Source of the DNA: Balanoglossus misakiensis
Lineage: Eukaryota > Animalia > Hemichordata
Direction of reading: 5' to 3'
Assembly: GCA_040954595.2 (NCBI GenBank)
Contig: CM082579.2
Coordinates: 11,335,625 to 11,399,624, forward strand
Length of the DNA stretch: 64,000 nt
The position numbers and the translations under genes are program-made. Shown here piece after piece: positions 50,901 through 59,836 of this stretch; within the stretch, counting starts at the first letter, position 1; each line of letters opens with the position of its first letter. The notes beneath the pieces are model-generated. The model saw nothing but the letters and a program-made list of their open reading frames with translations. It had not been told where the DNA came from and made no database searches.

Positions 50901-51353
50901 GACATAGAAGGCTGATTTCGCTGGTTGCAATGTTGTATCATTAGCTGCAGTGTGTGTTGATAGTAAATCGGCATTAACCTGATGTGGTGGGTCGGTTTTG
51001 TCAAAGTCTGATTTCATGTTACAATCAGGCTTCGGCGTCACAGTCCTGCCAGCGGGCAATGGCCCTTGGTTGACCACGCGTGCAGGGTAGAAGGCGTTCG
51101 CGTTGTCCCGTACCTTACCCAAATCGGCCGGTTTCCCTTGCTGTTGGTTAGGTGGGAAAGGAACACGGGGTGCCTCCCCTTTCTGACATTTGCTGTTCAC
51201 TGGCTGTATTTGGTGCCACCATTGCTTGGTGGTGGTTGTGTCACTCGTGGGTTGTGCTAGTTGGTGATGGCGGATGGGTTGTTGGACCCTTGGTTGTTCG
51301 TAGACTGGGAATTGGCCCACATCCCCAGTCTGTTGTCGTTTCCCGACGATTGG
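47970..51353 (-). CDS. pol: Pol polyprotein: protease, RT, RNase H, integrase zinc finger
   Basis: FIDCGS protease, MPFGLCNAPATFQ and YLDD in RT, DTDAS/ELLA/TDH/NADSLSR in RNase H, HSSKTAGH...CDTC; frame open from 51353 and -1 relative to gag. Confidence 0.97.
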   Translation of the reverse strand, partial: PIVGKRQQTGDVGQFPVYEQPRVQQPIRHHQLAQPTSDTTTTKQWWHQIQPVNSKCQKGEAPRVPFPPNQQQGKPADLGKVRDNANAFYPARVVNQGPLPAGRTVTPKPDCNMKSDFDKTDPPHQVNADLLSTHTAANDTTLQPAKSAFYVSAVIHEKPVVSFIDCGSEITVISDRIYKAMAPRSRPQLLPITIDAVQADGVTPLTARGEADFVIRVGPNSTTIRAIVADIKEDVLLGNDYILTAPAEIRTHSLTLGFHEGSVPLLDRRGGHLCARVIATRDTAVPAGHELLVTCKLSRPLGPARLELVEPTTQSKLSTVGVMVGRVLIDVRHKHVPVRIMNVGPNAQTILRGTAIALATTVDISEPPRHVNNLCPSEYQATDEPVSAVPTHLQPLLDESIASVGRDHVKKLSDFLNRWQDVFSCDKNDVGRTNVTQHSIYTGDHPPIRQQPRRQSTWARNETAKLVDEMLEKGVIEPTDSPWAAPVVLVKKKDNSTRFCVDYRRLNDITRKDAYAIPRIEDSINALSGARWFSTLDLTSGYWQVELDDQAKEKSAFTTWGGLFQWKVMPFGLCNAPATFQRLMERVLSGLQWDILLLYLDDIIVYSCTVDQMLQRLETVFHRLRSAGLKLKPSKCHLFQHQVEYLGHTVSEQGIETSPDKIKAVSDWPPPTNVHEVHGFLGLASYYRRFVPNFSTVSKPLTQLTEKGRHFEWDSECDLAFETLKQNLTNAPILAYPLPGAPMILDTDASFYGIGAVLSQIQDGMERVICYASRSLSKPERNYCVTCKELLAVVHFVKHFKPYLYGQHFTLRTDHSSLRRLLNFKEPEGQLARWMQVLGEYDFTIEHRPGKKHTNADSLSRRPCQQCGLKHGSQTGTSGYLNSCASTETPNSTSTSRQMETTIDAGTQTYADDMTLPKSPDETADSTQASTRGNAMVTRQRTTEHLIKTVTFKPSWDSAFLRQEQLNDPNIRPVLTTLEQDGGKPDWKTVSSWSPATKAYWNMWDQLRLRNGVLYRNWEGTSISDSHLLLILPTSLKPDVFEELHSSKTAGHFGVFKTREKVRQRYYWYGLSADLRSMVRQCDTCASRKAGGRKRRAPIQQYIVGAPMERVAFDILGPLPVTERKSR

Positions 51354-53656
51354 TTATGAGGGCAATGTCGGCGGATGTGGCCGGGTTGGCCGCATCCAAA
51401 GCATCTCGCTTGTCTGCTCCTTTCTTCTCGCTTTTTCTGTTCTCCACCCATTTGTAGCTGTAGCTTTTGCATAGCAGCTATGAGGGTTGGAATTGTAGTT
51501 AAGTCTTGGGGTGTTTCCATGCCAGTCAACCCAGCGTCGTTTTCATTATCTTCAAACTCGATGTGGCGTGTATATCGTCGCTTTTGACCAGACTTTTCTG
51601 CTTCTGCTTGGATGTAGGCTTCGATGGAGACTGCCGTCCGTATAGCTTCATCCATGCTTCGAGGCCGCTCTCGGTGCAAATCCATCCGAATATCCGGATC
51701 AGGGATGGCTTCAGTAAAATACTGACGAGCCAGTCGATCTACAGCTTCTGCCGGTAGTTCGGGATATGCTAGCTCAGTAAGTTCCTGAATTGCCTGCCCC
51801 AAGTCGGGTATGGATTCGTCTCTTCGTTTCTTACGACACCGTAATTGCCACAGATACTTTTCAGCTTGACCTGACGTCCCATATCGCTGGTCTAATAACT
51901 TGACCAAAGTGCTATACTCAACTGCGGTGATGTTAGGGACCCATGTTAGAACTTTCTGGGCTGATCCACGTAGTGATGCTGCCAAAAACTGTGCCTTTTG
52001 ATTGTCCTCCCACCTGTTGATTGTTGCACATGACTCAAAATGCTTCAAGTAATCTCTCCATTGCGTACGACCATCAAATCGATCGGGCGTAATCGATGGT
52101 TTTGTAGGAAAGGTAAAACCCCTTTCTTCAAATTGCCTCCTGCCTACAAGGCGGGGCTCCCGTTTCAAGGTCGGACGAGGTCGGTCTACTTGCCAGTATT
52201 CGGTGTGTTGACCTGGTCCCTTTTCGTCATAGAAGGCGCCGGCCAATTGTTGACTTTCTTCTCGTGGTCGCGTTTGTGATGTGATGTTTCTATTTGCTTC
52301 AGTCGGTCGGACATCACCGTTGTCTGGAGGATGATGAAGGGGATTGATAGCCCCGTTCATACGATGTTCCTGCCAGTTCTGAGGTTGACGTCCAATATGC
52401 TGTGATGGGAGGTACCTTGGAGGTGTGTTGGTTGGGCTGCAGTCTCTGTTTGGCGCGGTGACTCCCTGTCGCTGACCAGGTTGTAGCTGTCCACGTCTGT
52501 AGCCCGTGCAATCGTCCTCCCAGGAGTTCTCGGCGAAATTTGATGAATGGCCTGCAAACATTGTATGAGGTCGTCGTTCATCCGGTTGTAAGGAGGGGAT
52601 ATTTCTCTCCGTTCTTTCGCTCACAGGCAGGCAGCAACTACCTGTTGTTGGCCGTTCAGGGCGGCATTGTTGCCCCCCGCTAAGAGCATACATTGGCTCC
52701 GTCGACCCTGTGTGGTGTTGTGGTTGGACGTCCACCACTCTGGGAAATATAGTATTTCTTGATGCGGCCGGACTGTTCCAACCACGATCTGCTGTCCGAC
52801 CATTTGTTGGTAATGCAGGTGTACGTGCAACATTGGCTGGTAGAGGGTATCGCTGTTCGGAAGGAAGACATATTGAATTGGGGCCAAACAACTGTTGGTC
52901 AGAGTTTTCGTATGGTGTACTCTGAGTCCAAAGCTGTTCATGTCTACCTACATAGTGGTCTGCTTCTTCAAGAGAAAAGTGGGCATTGTCGGCTTTTCTC
53001 TTTGGTCTGGCTCCCTGTTGAATTTGTCTATCACTCGCCGTTGGGACGTATACGGCGTCGCGAACTGTTCCCCTTTGTTGCGCTGCAACCTGTTGATGAT
53101 GAGTTCCGTCGTCTTCATAAAGTTGTTGCTCACTGAACGTTGCTTCCGAAACTGCGTGTCGAGTACTAGTTTGACTGCTTGTTTGATGTACGGGCACGTC
53201 GTCGCCCGTCGGCTGTGCAGCTTTTTCGGTTTCGTCTGTGTGAGACGTAGTTTCTTCGTGCGTCGGCGCCCTTGCGTCGTGGCTGACAACAGCGCCCGTT
53301 GATTCTGTTTCAATAGGGACGTGACAATCAATGTCGGTCTCTATTTTAGGAGGTTGAATATCTCTGTCAAATTCTGTTGCGTCGTTCTGCTGGCCCAGAC
53401 CTTTACGAATGCTGCCCTTGACCGCATCGAAAACCCACCTCAAGGTTCCCAACGGTCGGCGCCCTGGAGTGGAGAAATTGCCGGAGTCGTACCCGCTTTC
53501 TCGGTGTTGACTCTGGTCTGAGGCGGTCGGGGTTTCAGGCTGTTCCCGCGACGATTGTAACCTCGGTTGGAAGGAGATGACATCGTCGGTACTGTCGGTT
53601 GCAGGCTCGATGTCGGCCAACGTCTCTCCGGTCGCAATCTCCGTTGCCATTTCCAA
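51257..53656 (-). CDS. gag: Gag (799 aa) with long low-complexity N-terminal extension
   Basis: PDRFDGRTQWRDYLKHFE..A.INRW...KAQFLAASLRG capsid region; CFGCGQPGHIRRHC zinc knuckle. Confidence 0.95.
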   Translation of the reverse strand: MEMATEIATGETLADIEPATDSTDDVISFQPRLQSSREQPETPTASDQSQHRESGYDSGNFSTPGRRPLGTLRWVFDAVKGSIRKGLGQQNDATEFDRDIQPPKIETDIDCHVPIETESTGAVVSHDARAPTHEETTSHTDETEKAAQPTGDDVPVHQTSSQTSTRHAVSEATFSEQQLYEDDGTHHQQVAAQQRGTVRDAVYVPTASDRQIQQGARPKRKADNAHFSLEEADHYVGRHEQLWTQSTPYENSDQQLFGPNSICLPSEQRYPLPANVARTPALPTNGRTADRGWNSPAASRNTIFPRVVDVQPQHHTGSTEPMYALSGGQQCRPERPTTGSCCLPVSERTERNIPSLQPDERRPHTMFAGHSSNFAENSWEDDCTGYRRGQLQPGQRQGVTAPNRDCSPTNTPPRYLPSQHIGRQPQNWQEHRMNGAINPLHHPPDNGDVRPTEANRNITSQTRPREESQQLAGAFYDEKGPGQHTEYWQVDRPRPTLKREPRLVGRRQFEERGFTFPTKPSITPDRFDGRTQWRDYLKHFESCATINRWEDNQKAQFLAASLRGSAQKVLTWVPNITAVEYSTLVKLLDQRYGTSGQAEKYLWQLRCRKKRRDESIPDLGQAIQELTELAYPELPAEAVDRLARQYFTEAIPDPDIRMDLHRERPRSMDEAIRTAVSIEAYIQAEAEKSGQKRRYTRHIEFEDNENDAGLTGMETPQDLTTIPTLIAAMQKLQLQMGGEQKKREERSRQARCFGCGQPGHIRRHCPHNQSSGNDNRLGMWANSQSTNNQGSNNPSAITN
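51303..51344 (-). promoter_or_regulatory. -1 ribosomal frameshift signal
   Basis: G GGA AAC heptamer in gag phase (51338-51344), 7-nt spacer, 9-bp stem gactgggga/ttcccagtc. Confidence 0.85.
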
Positions 53657-53779
53657 TAGATCACGGTGTGGTAAACCGCAATGTGCGATGCGTTGTCCTA
53701 GCAGACAACGAAAACTAGTTGCGTCTTTATAATTACCTGAAGGAGGTTGAGGTTTCTCTCAGCACGACAATCGTCTTCA

Positions 53780-53789
53780 GCTGCCACCA
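53780..53789 (-). other. Primer binding site, probably tRNA-Leu
   Basis: Minus strand TGGTGGCAGC 1 nt after the 5' LTR; complementary to the GCTGCCACCA 3' end of metazoan tRNA-Leu(AAG/TAG). Confidence 0.8.
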
Positions 53790-53790
53790 A

Positions 53791-54332
53791 TGTAACAGTC
53801 GCTCCTCACTGGATCGGAGAACTGCTATGTTTTTCTCTCAAATTAACGAATAATTGGGTTCGCGTCGCACTATGAGAGAGAGTGGTACTATCCGTGGGCT
53901 TGACGACCCACAGTCCACAAGAACATCAACCTCGATACAACGAAATACTTTTAGAACTAAAACAGTTCAACTTTATTACAAAGATATCGTATAAGCGCAC
54001 ATCAAAAAGGGCTGCTTACCACACGGTCTGTCTCTAACGAAGTCTTGGTCCACTCTGACTGAAAACCCTCAAAACTAGGCTAACTACCACTTTTTGATTT
54101 GCATATTTCGCGCCGTTTCTGGTAGTGATTAAAATAATAATAGCTGACACGAAATGTGGGTCCTTGTCGTCTAGAACATGACGTAATGTCGCATGTCGAG
54201 ACCTATTTCGAATATAATGTGTTCGACCTACAAATGCTGGGTATATCAAAGAGATGTACGTCTACCACGTGGAGGTAGACGGCCCCGTCAATCAAAAGTT
54301 ATATCACCATGGTGACCGACCGTTCCGTCACA
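53791..54332 (-). repeat. 5' LTR (542 bp)
   Basis: TG..CA termini, adjacent PBS. Confidence 0.98.
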
Positions 54333-54593
54333 CAATGAACAGTATTGCAGAATGCTGTGTGGCTTCTATCGTATAGTGCGTGTATTATGACAATTTATGT
54401 TAGGGACTGGTCAGTCTGTTCGGCCTGGTGGGGGGGGGGGGGTTGATTCCCAGGAGTGATCGCCCATATTTTCCATATTCAAAGGGGGGGGGGGTATCGC
54501 ATAGTGCGTGTATTATGCATGACAATGCTACCATCCGCCATTCTGATTGGACGAGAGCTCAATCCAGCAATGCGAAAGCACAGCACGGCTTAA

Positions 54594-54680
54594 AGGCACA
54601 TGAGCTGCAATTGGATAAAAAATTACATTTTAAATAATCCCATATTTGCTTTTAATTATGTCTATTAAATGATATATTAC
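54594..54680 (+). mobile_element. Diverged, truncated end of a MITE family A relative
   Basis: TTAA|aggcacatgagctgcaattggataaaaaatt... resembles 3892-3975. Confidence 0.7.
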
Positions 54681-55049
54681 ATATTATGGGAAAACACATT
54701 AACATTGATATCTGCTTTGACATGAAAATGAATCTCATGTGCTTGTTTCACAAGGGCTGTATAATCAGGAAGTACATTGGAGCAGATATTTTACATCCAT
54801 TTATATGTCAATAATAAATTTTAGCTGACTTTGGTGGCGCCTTACAACCTACTACACTAGCAACAAAATACAACATTAACAAAAAAAACCAGCAAATTTT
54901 CGAAGTCCAAATATACTTTTGATTTTATTTCTTTGTTAATATCTAATCGTTATCATTATCAACAAAAACAACAGCAAATTTACGGACTCTAAAATCTGTT
55001 TATCTTTAAAAAAAATATCTAATCGTTGCCATCATCATCATCATCATCG

Positions 55050-55545
55050 TCATTGGAGATCGTAATCCTTGTGCTCTGAGTGACAATGCAAGTTTGTTAA
55101 GTTTGAATGTGTGGAGATTGCTGTACTGTCACCGTGGAAGTCGCGAACAGCGCCCCCACTGTCTGAAAGTATTACCAACTTTCCTCTTTTCCTCTTTCCT
55201 CTTTCCAACGTTTGGTCTTTATGAATATTAATGTCTAACTTGTCAGCATCCACAGACAGTAACACATAGCAACACAGCGTGTTTTACTGTTTACACTACA
55301 TGGCAGATGCATGCAGTGCGACCGTCGCCGTACATTCCCGACGTGATTATTCGAGCAATGTCGGTAGCCCAATAGGAGGGAAGAAAACTTTTCCGATATT
55401 TAACGACGATATACCCGTCGTCTGTGATCATGCCACAAGTCCACGACAATATCAATATTCACATGGAGCTAGTGTGAGGGTTGTCACCACTGCAGCCCTG
55501 CACATACTTCAGTAAAGAATAGACGTCCGGTAAAACCAGCATAGT
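55050..55545 (-). pseudogene. Remnant of small membrane-protein gene (paralog of 24720-25314; partial copies at 59837-60143 and 63927-64000)
   Basis: Shared peptide motifs with the spacer copy; C-terminal EHKDY vs DHREY followed by a TCA-type repeat in both; internal stops. Confidence 0.45.
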
Positions 55546-55719
55546 AAAACTAAATAAAAATCGATTCTAACGTGGCAACGACTGTCACCGATCCATGGTT
55601 ACTACATCGTCCATTAAAACTGTTTACCCACAGCTCTATATTCCCATGATTGCATCATGTATCCATGGGACATATTATCTTGTCAACGTCATTGCCACTA
55701 TAATGATAGCGATCAGGTA

Positions 55720-56683
55720 TTTATTAGGGGCCCATGTGCCGTCAGGCACTTGGGCCACTTCTGTTTTTGCTGGAGTTTTTCTTCTTGAGTCGCTTTTTCG
55801 GCCACGTTTTTCTCAGAAACCCCTGCACCTACGGTTGGGACCCATGAGTATTGGTGCACCTGCCCTTTGAATTTGTAATTAGTCAAGTGACTTGGTGGCT
55901 ATAATCAAGCGAAATTTTCAAATTGACCTAATTTGCATGTTAATGGGGGCATGTACATTATTTTCGCGATTTTTGGAGACCATGTGGCCAAAATCCTCTG
56001 TGCCAAATATCAAGGTCCTTGGCCACGTCGATTTTGAGAAGAAGATTTTGCAATATTTTTCGCATTTTTTGTGGGCTGAGGACGAAAACTGGGGCATCGG
56101 ACTTTGACCGTTATTCGGTAATGTTGTGGAGGTCTCATTAGCAGGGTACTCACTTCTGGCAGGTTACAGTAGTCCTTGGAAAATCGGCCGAAATACGTAA
56201 ACAGACCAGTGATTATTTTCCACGGAATGAATTTTGGGACAACACATTATCGGAGTTCAGGCTGTGTTAGGGCATTTTATTGAATTACGCTGAGTTAGCT
56301 GTTGCCGTTCAAATGTTTCTATCCAGACCCGGCTACACTGGTTAACATTGCGGCAGCGGACTTTGACCCTCACTCGCTAATGTGCGAGTCAGGTTTCATT
56401 AGCATGGTAATCACATGTAGTGGGTAGTAGTTCGGGAAACCGGCCAAAATACGTAAGCAGACCAGTGATTTTCTTGCACGAAGGGTGTATGGTACCAGCA
56501 ATAATCAGAGATCAGGCTTCGTTGCTGTTCAAAAGTTCCTACTTCAGTCGTGACGTTGCAACTGGACGTTCAGTATGGGGGTCGGCCCGCAGGTGGCCGT
56601 GGGGGTTATCAGGTCGCCTGTTACGGCACGCAGCTACATGCAGCTGTATGGGACAAAAACAATAAGCCCGATTCTCCACCAAG
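55720..56683 (+). mobile_element. HINE-like insertion unique to unit 1
   Basis: ttattaggggcccatgtgccgtcaggcacttgggcc 5' hairpin; replaced by different sequence (60322-60567) in unit 2. Confidence 0.55.
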
Positions 56684-58716
56684 GTGTTAGCCACAAATGC
56701 ATGATTGATTAATCACACACTTTTCCTCATAGTAGGTAGATGCGCATCTTCTCCGCTTCTGTTAAATTGTTATATTATTGAAATACACGCTTCAATCACG
56801 GCAACTGCGAGTATTTTTGCGTGCGCGGTTTTATGTTGTTGTTGTTTGACGCTTTTTTGCAAATACCAGCTTTTCCCGTAAGAGAGAGACACTGTTTTTG
56901 TCAAGGAGACTGTAGACTGTTTCTTATTAGTTGTCATTGCCTCTTATTTTGTTTTCACGTTTGTCTTTGCCTGGTTTCTTGAATGTTTTCACATGCATAC
57001 CTTTCTTCACCCATTTTTAAATGCCCGTGACGGTTTAAAAGTAAAAACGATATGTTACTTTGACAAAAAGTATGTTTTTTCATATATGCAACAGTGGAAT
57101 TTTAGTGACATTGGTAAGATTGCGGAAGTCTAATTCAAAAACTCCAACATAGAAAGCGCGTGACATTTCTACCAGATGGTGGCGCTCATATTTCGTATTT
57201 CACAGAAAATATAAGGTACTTTCATCATTTTCATCACAGATCTAGAAAACCAAAGTGCAGGCATTCATAAGGAATGACAAGGGCAGGCATTATACACACT
57301 CTCATGCATGCTGGCATCTGTGTTGACAGGCGGATAGACTTTTCTTGGACAAGTACACCAAAACTTGCCAGGAATGCACGTTGCCTTCGTTTGGCAGTTG
57401 CCACAGGCAAAAGGCCCACAGGAGATGAGTTGATTTCAGCAGGTGCCAAGCTTTTTGGCCGGGTCTGGGGATAGACAAAATATATTGATGCAATGAATGA
57501 AGACAACACACAGTTTGGCTTAGATCAGGTGTGGGCAAATGGCAACTGTGAGCAGCAGCCCAGCTTAATACTCAATACAGAAGTGAATTGGTGTGAAATT
57601 TAGGCAACTTTTTGCCAAAATTGCTTTAAAACAGCAATGTAATCTTAATGTCCACAACTGAAGGCTGGTTCAGCTGTAAGGGGGTGCTGTTTAACCTGGC
57701 AACTCCCCAGATGCCTGTAAGATCTGCGTTGAAATTGAAGAAAGAACACAGATTTTAGCATGGTTGAACACCAAAGCCCCCGTGTGTGTTTCAGTGCATA
57801 TACAGTTAATAATTGATGCTGGAGTTTGATGGCGCTACAGTCAGGTATTTCACAGAAAATATAGGGTTCTGATGTAACTTCAGAGTCTATAATATGTATA
57901 AATGTTCTCGTGAAAAATGTGGCATAATATACTGAAAATACTGTTTGAATCTGGACACGTTCCAAGCCATATACTAACAAATGTGGCGTAATCCAGATTT
58001 AACCGGCTGTCCATCTCAATGTTATGTGAAGGTGTCATGGCCATGTCACGATGACTGAATTGCTGGCATCGGAAGTAACTACGTTGATTCTCTGACCAAG
58101 TATGCAGTGTTCTAATCAAAACACATTTCTGAATTTAGTCCCACTGAGATAACAAAGACGTACTGCTAATGAGGATGTACTGTCGGGACGAACTTGCGAT
58201 GGATGAACTTTGGAAAAAAGTGGATTAATTTACATGTTACCCAGAAATTTCTACATTCAATTCACTTTAGTTAAATATTAATAATGCGAGTTAATGTCAT
58301 TTCGTACCTTCTGGCCCAAGGAAAAATGAGAATGTGTACCAGGAGAAAAAAAAGAGTATCAGCTATCTGTTAAATTGCATTAAAAAATTAGACAACATAT
58401 CATACACTGTGCCTCTTGCAGTCTGTCGTTATACTGCACATTGCAATTTATTAATTTCGACACCGTACATGTATGATCACACGCCGCGCCTTTCCCAAGT
58501 AGTTCGTAAAATTCCTATAGTAGCCGATGGCATTTCCGGTTTCCGAACTGTATCATATGGATGACGTGCATAAGTTTGTGGTAATTCCAGAGCTTTTGTA
58601 TCACTGAGTACAGATATAACGCATACTACATGACAATTATTTGACATTAATAGTACGTAGGAAACAGATTAGATGGATGGGTTAATACAATATCCATGTA
58701 TTGACCAGCCATTTAA

Positions 58717-58901
58717 AGGTATACAGTCACCTCCAATTTACATACGCCCATATATGGCTGAAATGGCGTATTTGGGCGTTCTAAAGAACATATGGTGGCG
58801 CTATTTTTTTCGCGTGTGCCACCCACTGAAAATCAGTGATTGGCTAGATCTCATTTTGCCATGGTAACTATAGCTAATTTTCAATGGGTGACCGTATACC
58901 T
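58717..58901 (+). mobile_element. MITE family F (185 bp), TTAA-specific
   Basis: TIR aggtatacagtcacc/ggtgaccgtatacct; TTAA on both sides; empty site in unit 2 at ~62992. Confidence 0.92.
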
Positions 58902-59836
58902 TTAAGAGCATACGCCTGTCTACTCGAGAAGAATATTGAGTCGCTTCAAACTGTATAGTTAAATATAGTTAAATATTGATAAAACCAATTTATCAATCTA
59001 CTAATGTCATTTCAAACCTCGTGAAGAATATATATTCGGGAGAAAAGAAACACAGAGTGCCAGGTATACTAGAAAAAAATTGCATTACAAATTTAAACGT
59101 GAGGTCAATTAAATGAGCCTCCGGCACGCGCACTGAGCTCTTAAAATTCCTTTGGTGGCCATGTTAGTTTTCGAAAAATGAAAAAAATCTTTGAAAAACT
59201 ACTTTCAAGAACCTTTTCTCAAGAACCACCAGACAGTTCGGAATGGTTGGATGACTACTTATCGATATGTGCGGCGACATTTGCATTGTGGTTCTCTTAG
59301 ATTAACCATATCTGCATAATAGGCTTCTCTTTAGTTCTTATATCTTGTGCATATTTAATTCCATGCTAAAAAGTGACCAGTGGTGTTCGTTTTGTCGGTG
59401 GTGGATCAGCCCGGGCCCTAAATTTAACCCAACTTTCGGATGACATTTGACCAACATTTGCATAGTATGTACAGTATATGTGTTCCTTGTATTTTGTGGA
59501 ACACGGCATCATATGGAGAAATTCATTCAATGACAACTTTGCTAATATTTATTTGTTAATTACGCTCCTGCCTTATTCAAAGTTTCATATTTATGCTAAA
59601 GGGATTTTAAGTCAGAAAATTAAGGTATTTGAACAGCCTAACTCGAGAATGTAAACTTCGTAAAATAGTTGTGAAAACCACCTTCTAGAGTAAGGGATTC
59701 CCTACCAAACCAATTTGCGGACAACCATTCGGCTAAACCACATCCCAAGGACTGTCGTTCATGTTTATCTCATTTAGCTGCTAAAGAAAACATTTTGCAA
59801 AAAATGACAATCCATTTATTCGACATTACGTGATAT

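Larger units (their letters stand above)
44832..54332 (-). mobile_element. Full-length Ty3/Gypsy LTR retrotransposon (9501 bp)
   Basis: Paired TG..CA LTRs, TSD CAAT (44828-44831, 54333-54336), gag then PR-RT-RH-IN order. Confidence 0.99.
55236..59836. repeat. Tandem segmental duplication, unit 1 (~4.6 kb)
   Basis: Unit start aacttgtcagcatccacag recurs at ~55237, 59837 and 63927. Confidence 0.93.

Noticed and set aside
51131-51137. Second GGGAAAC heptamer
   Set aside because: It is in gag phase but lies beyond the gag TAG (51257) and a further TGA, so it cannot be reached
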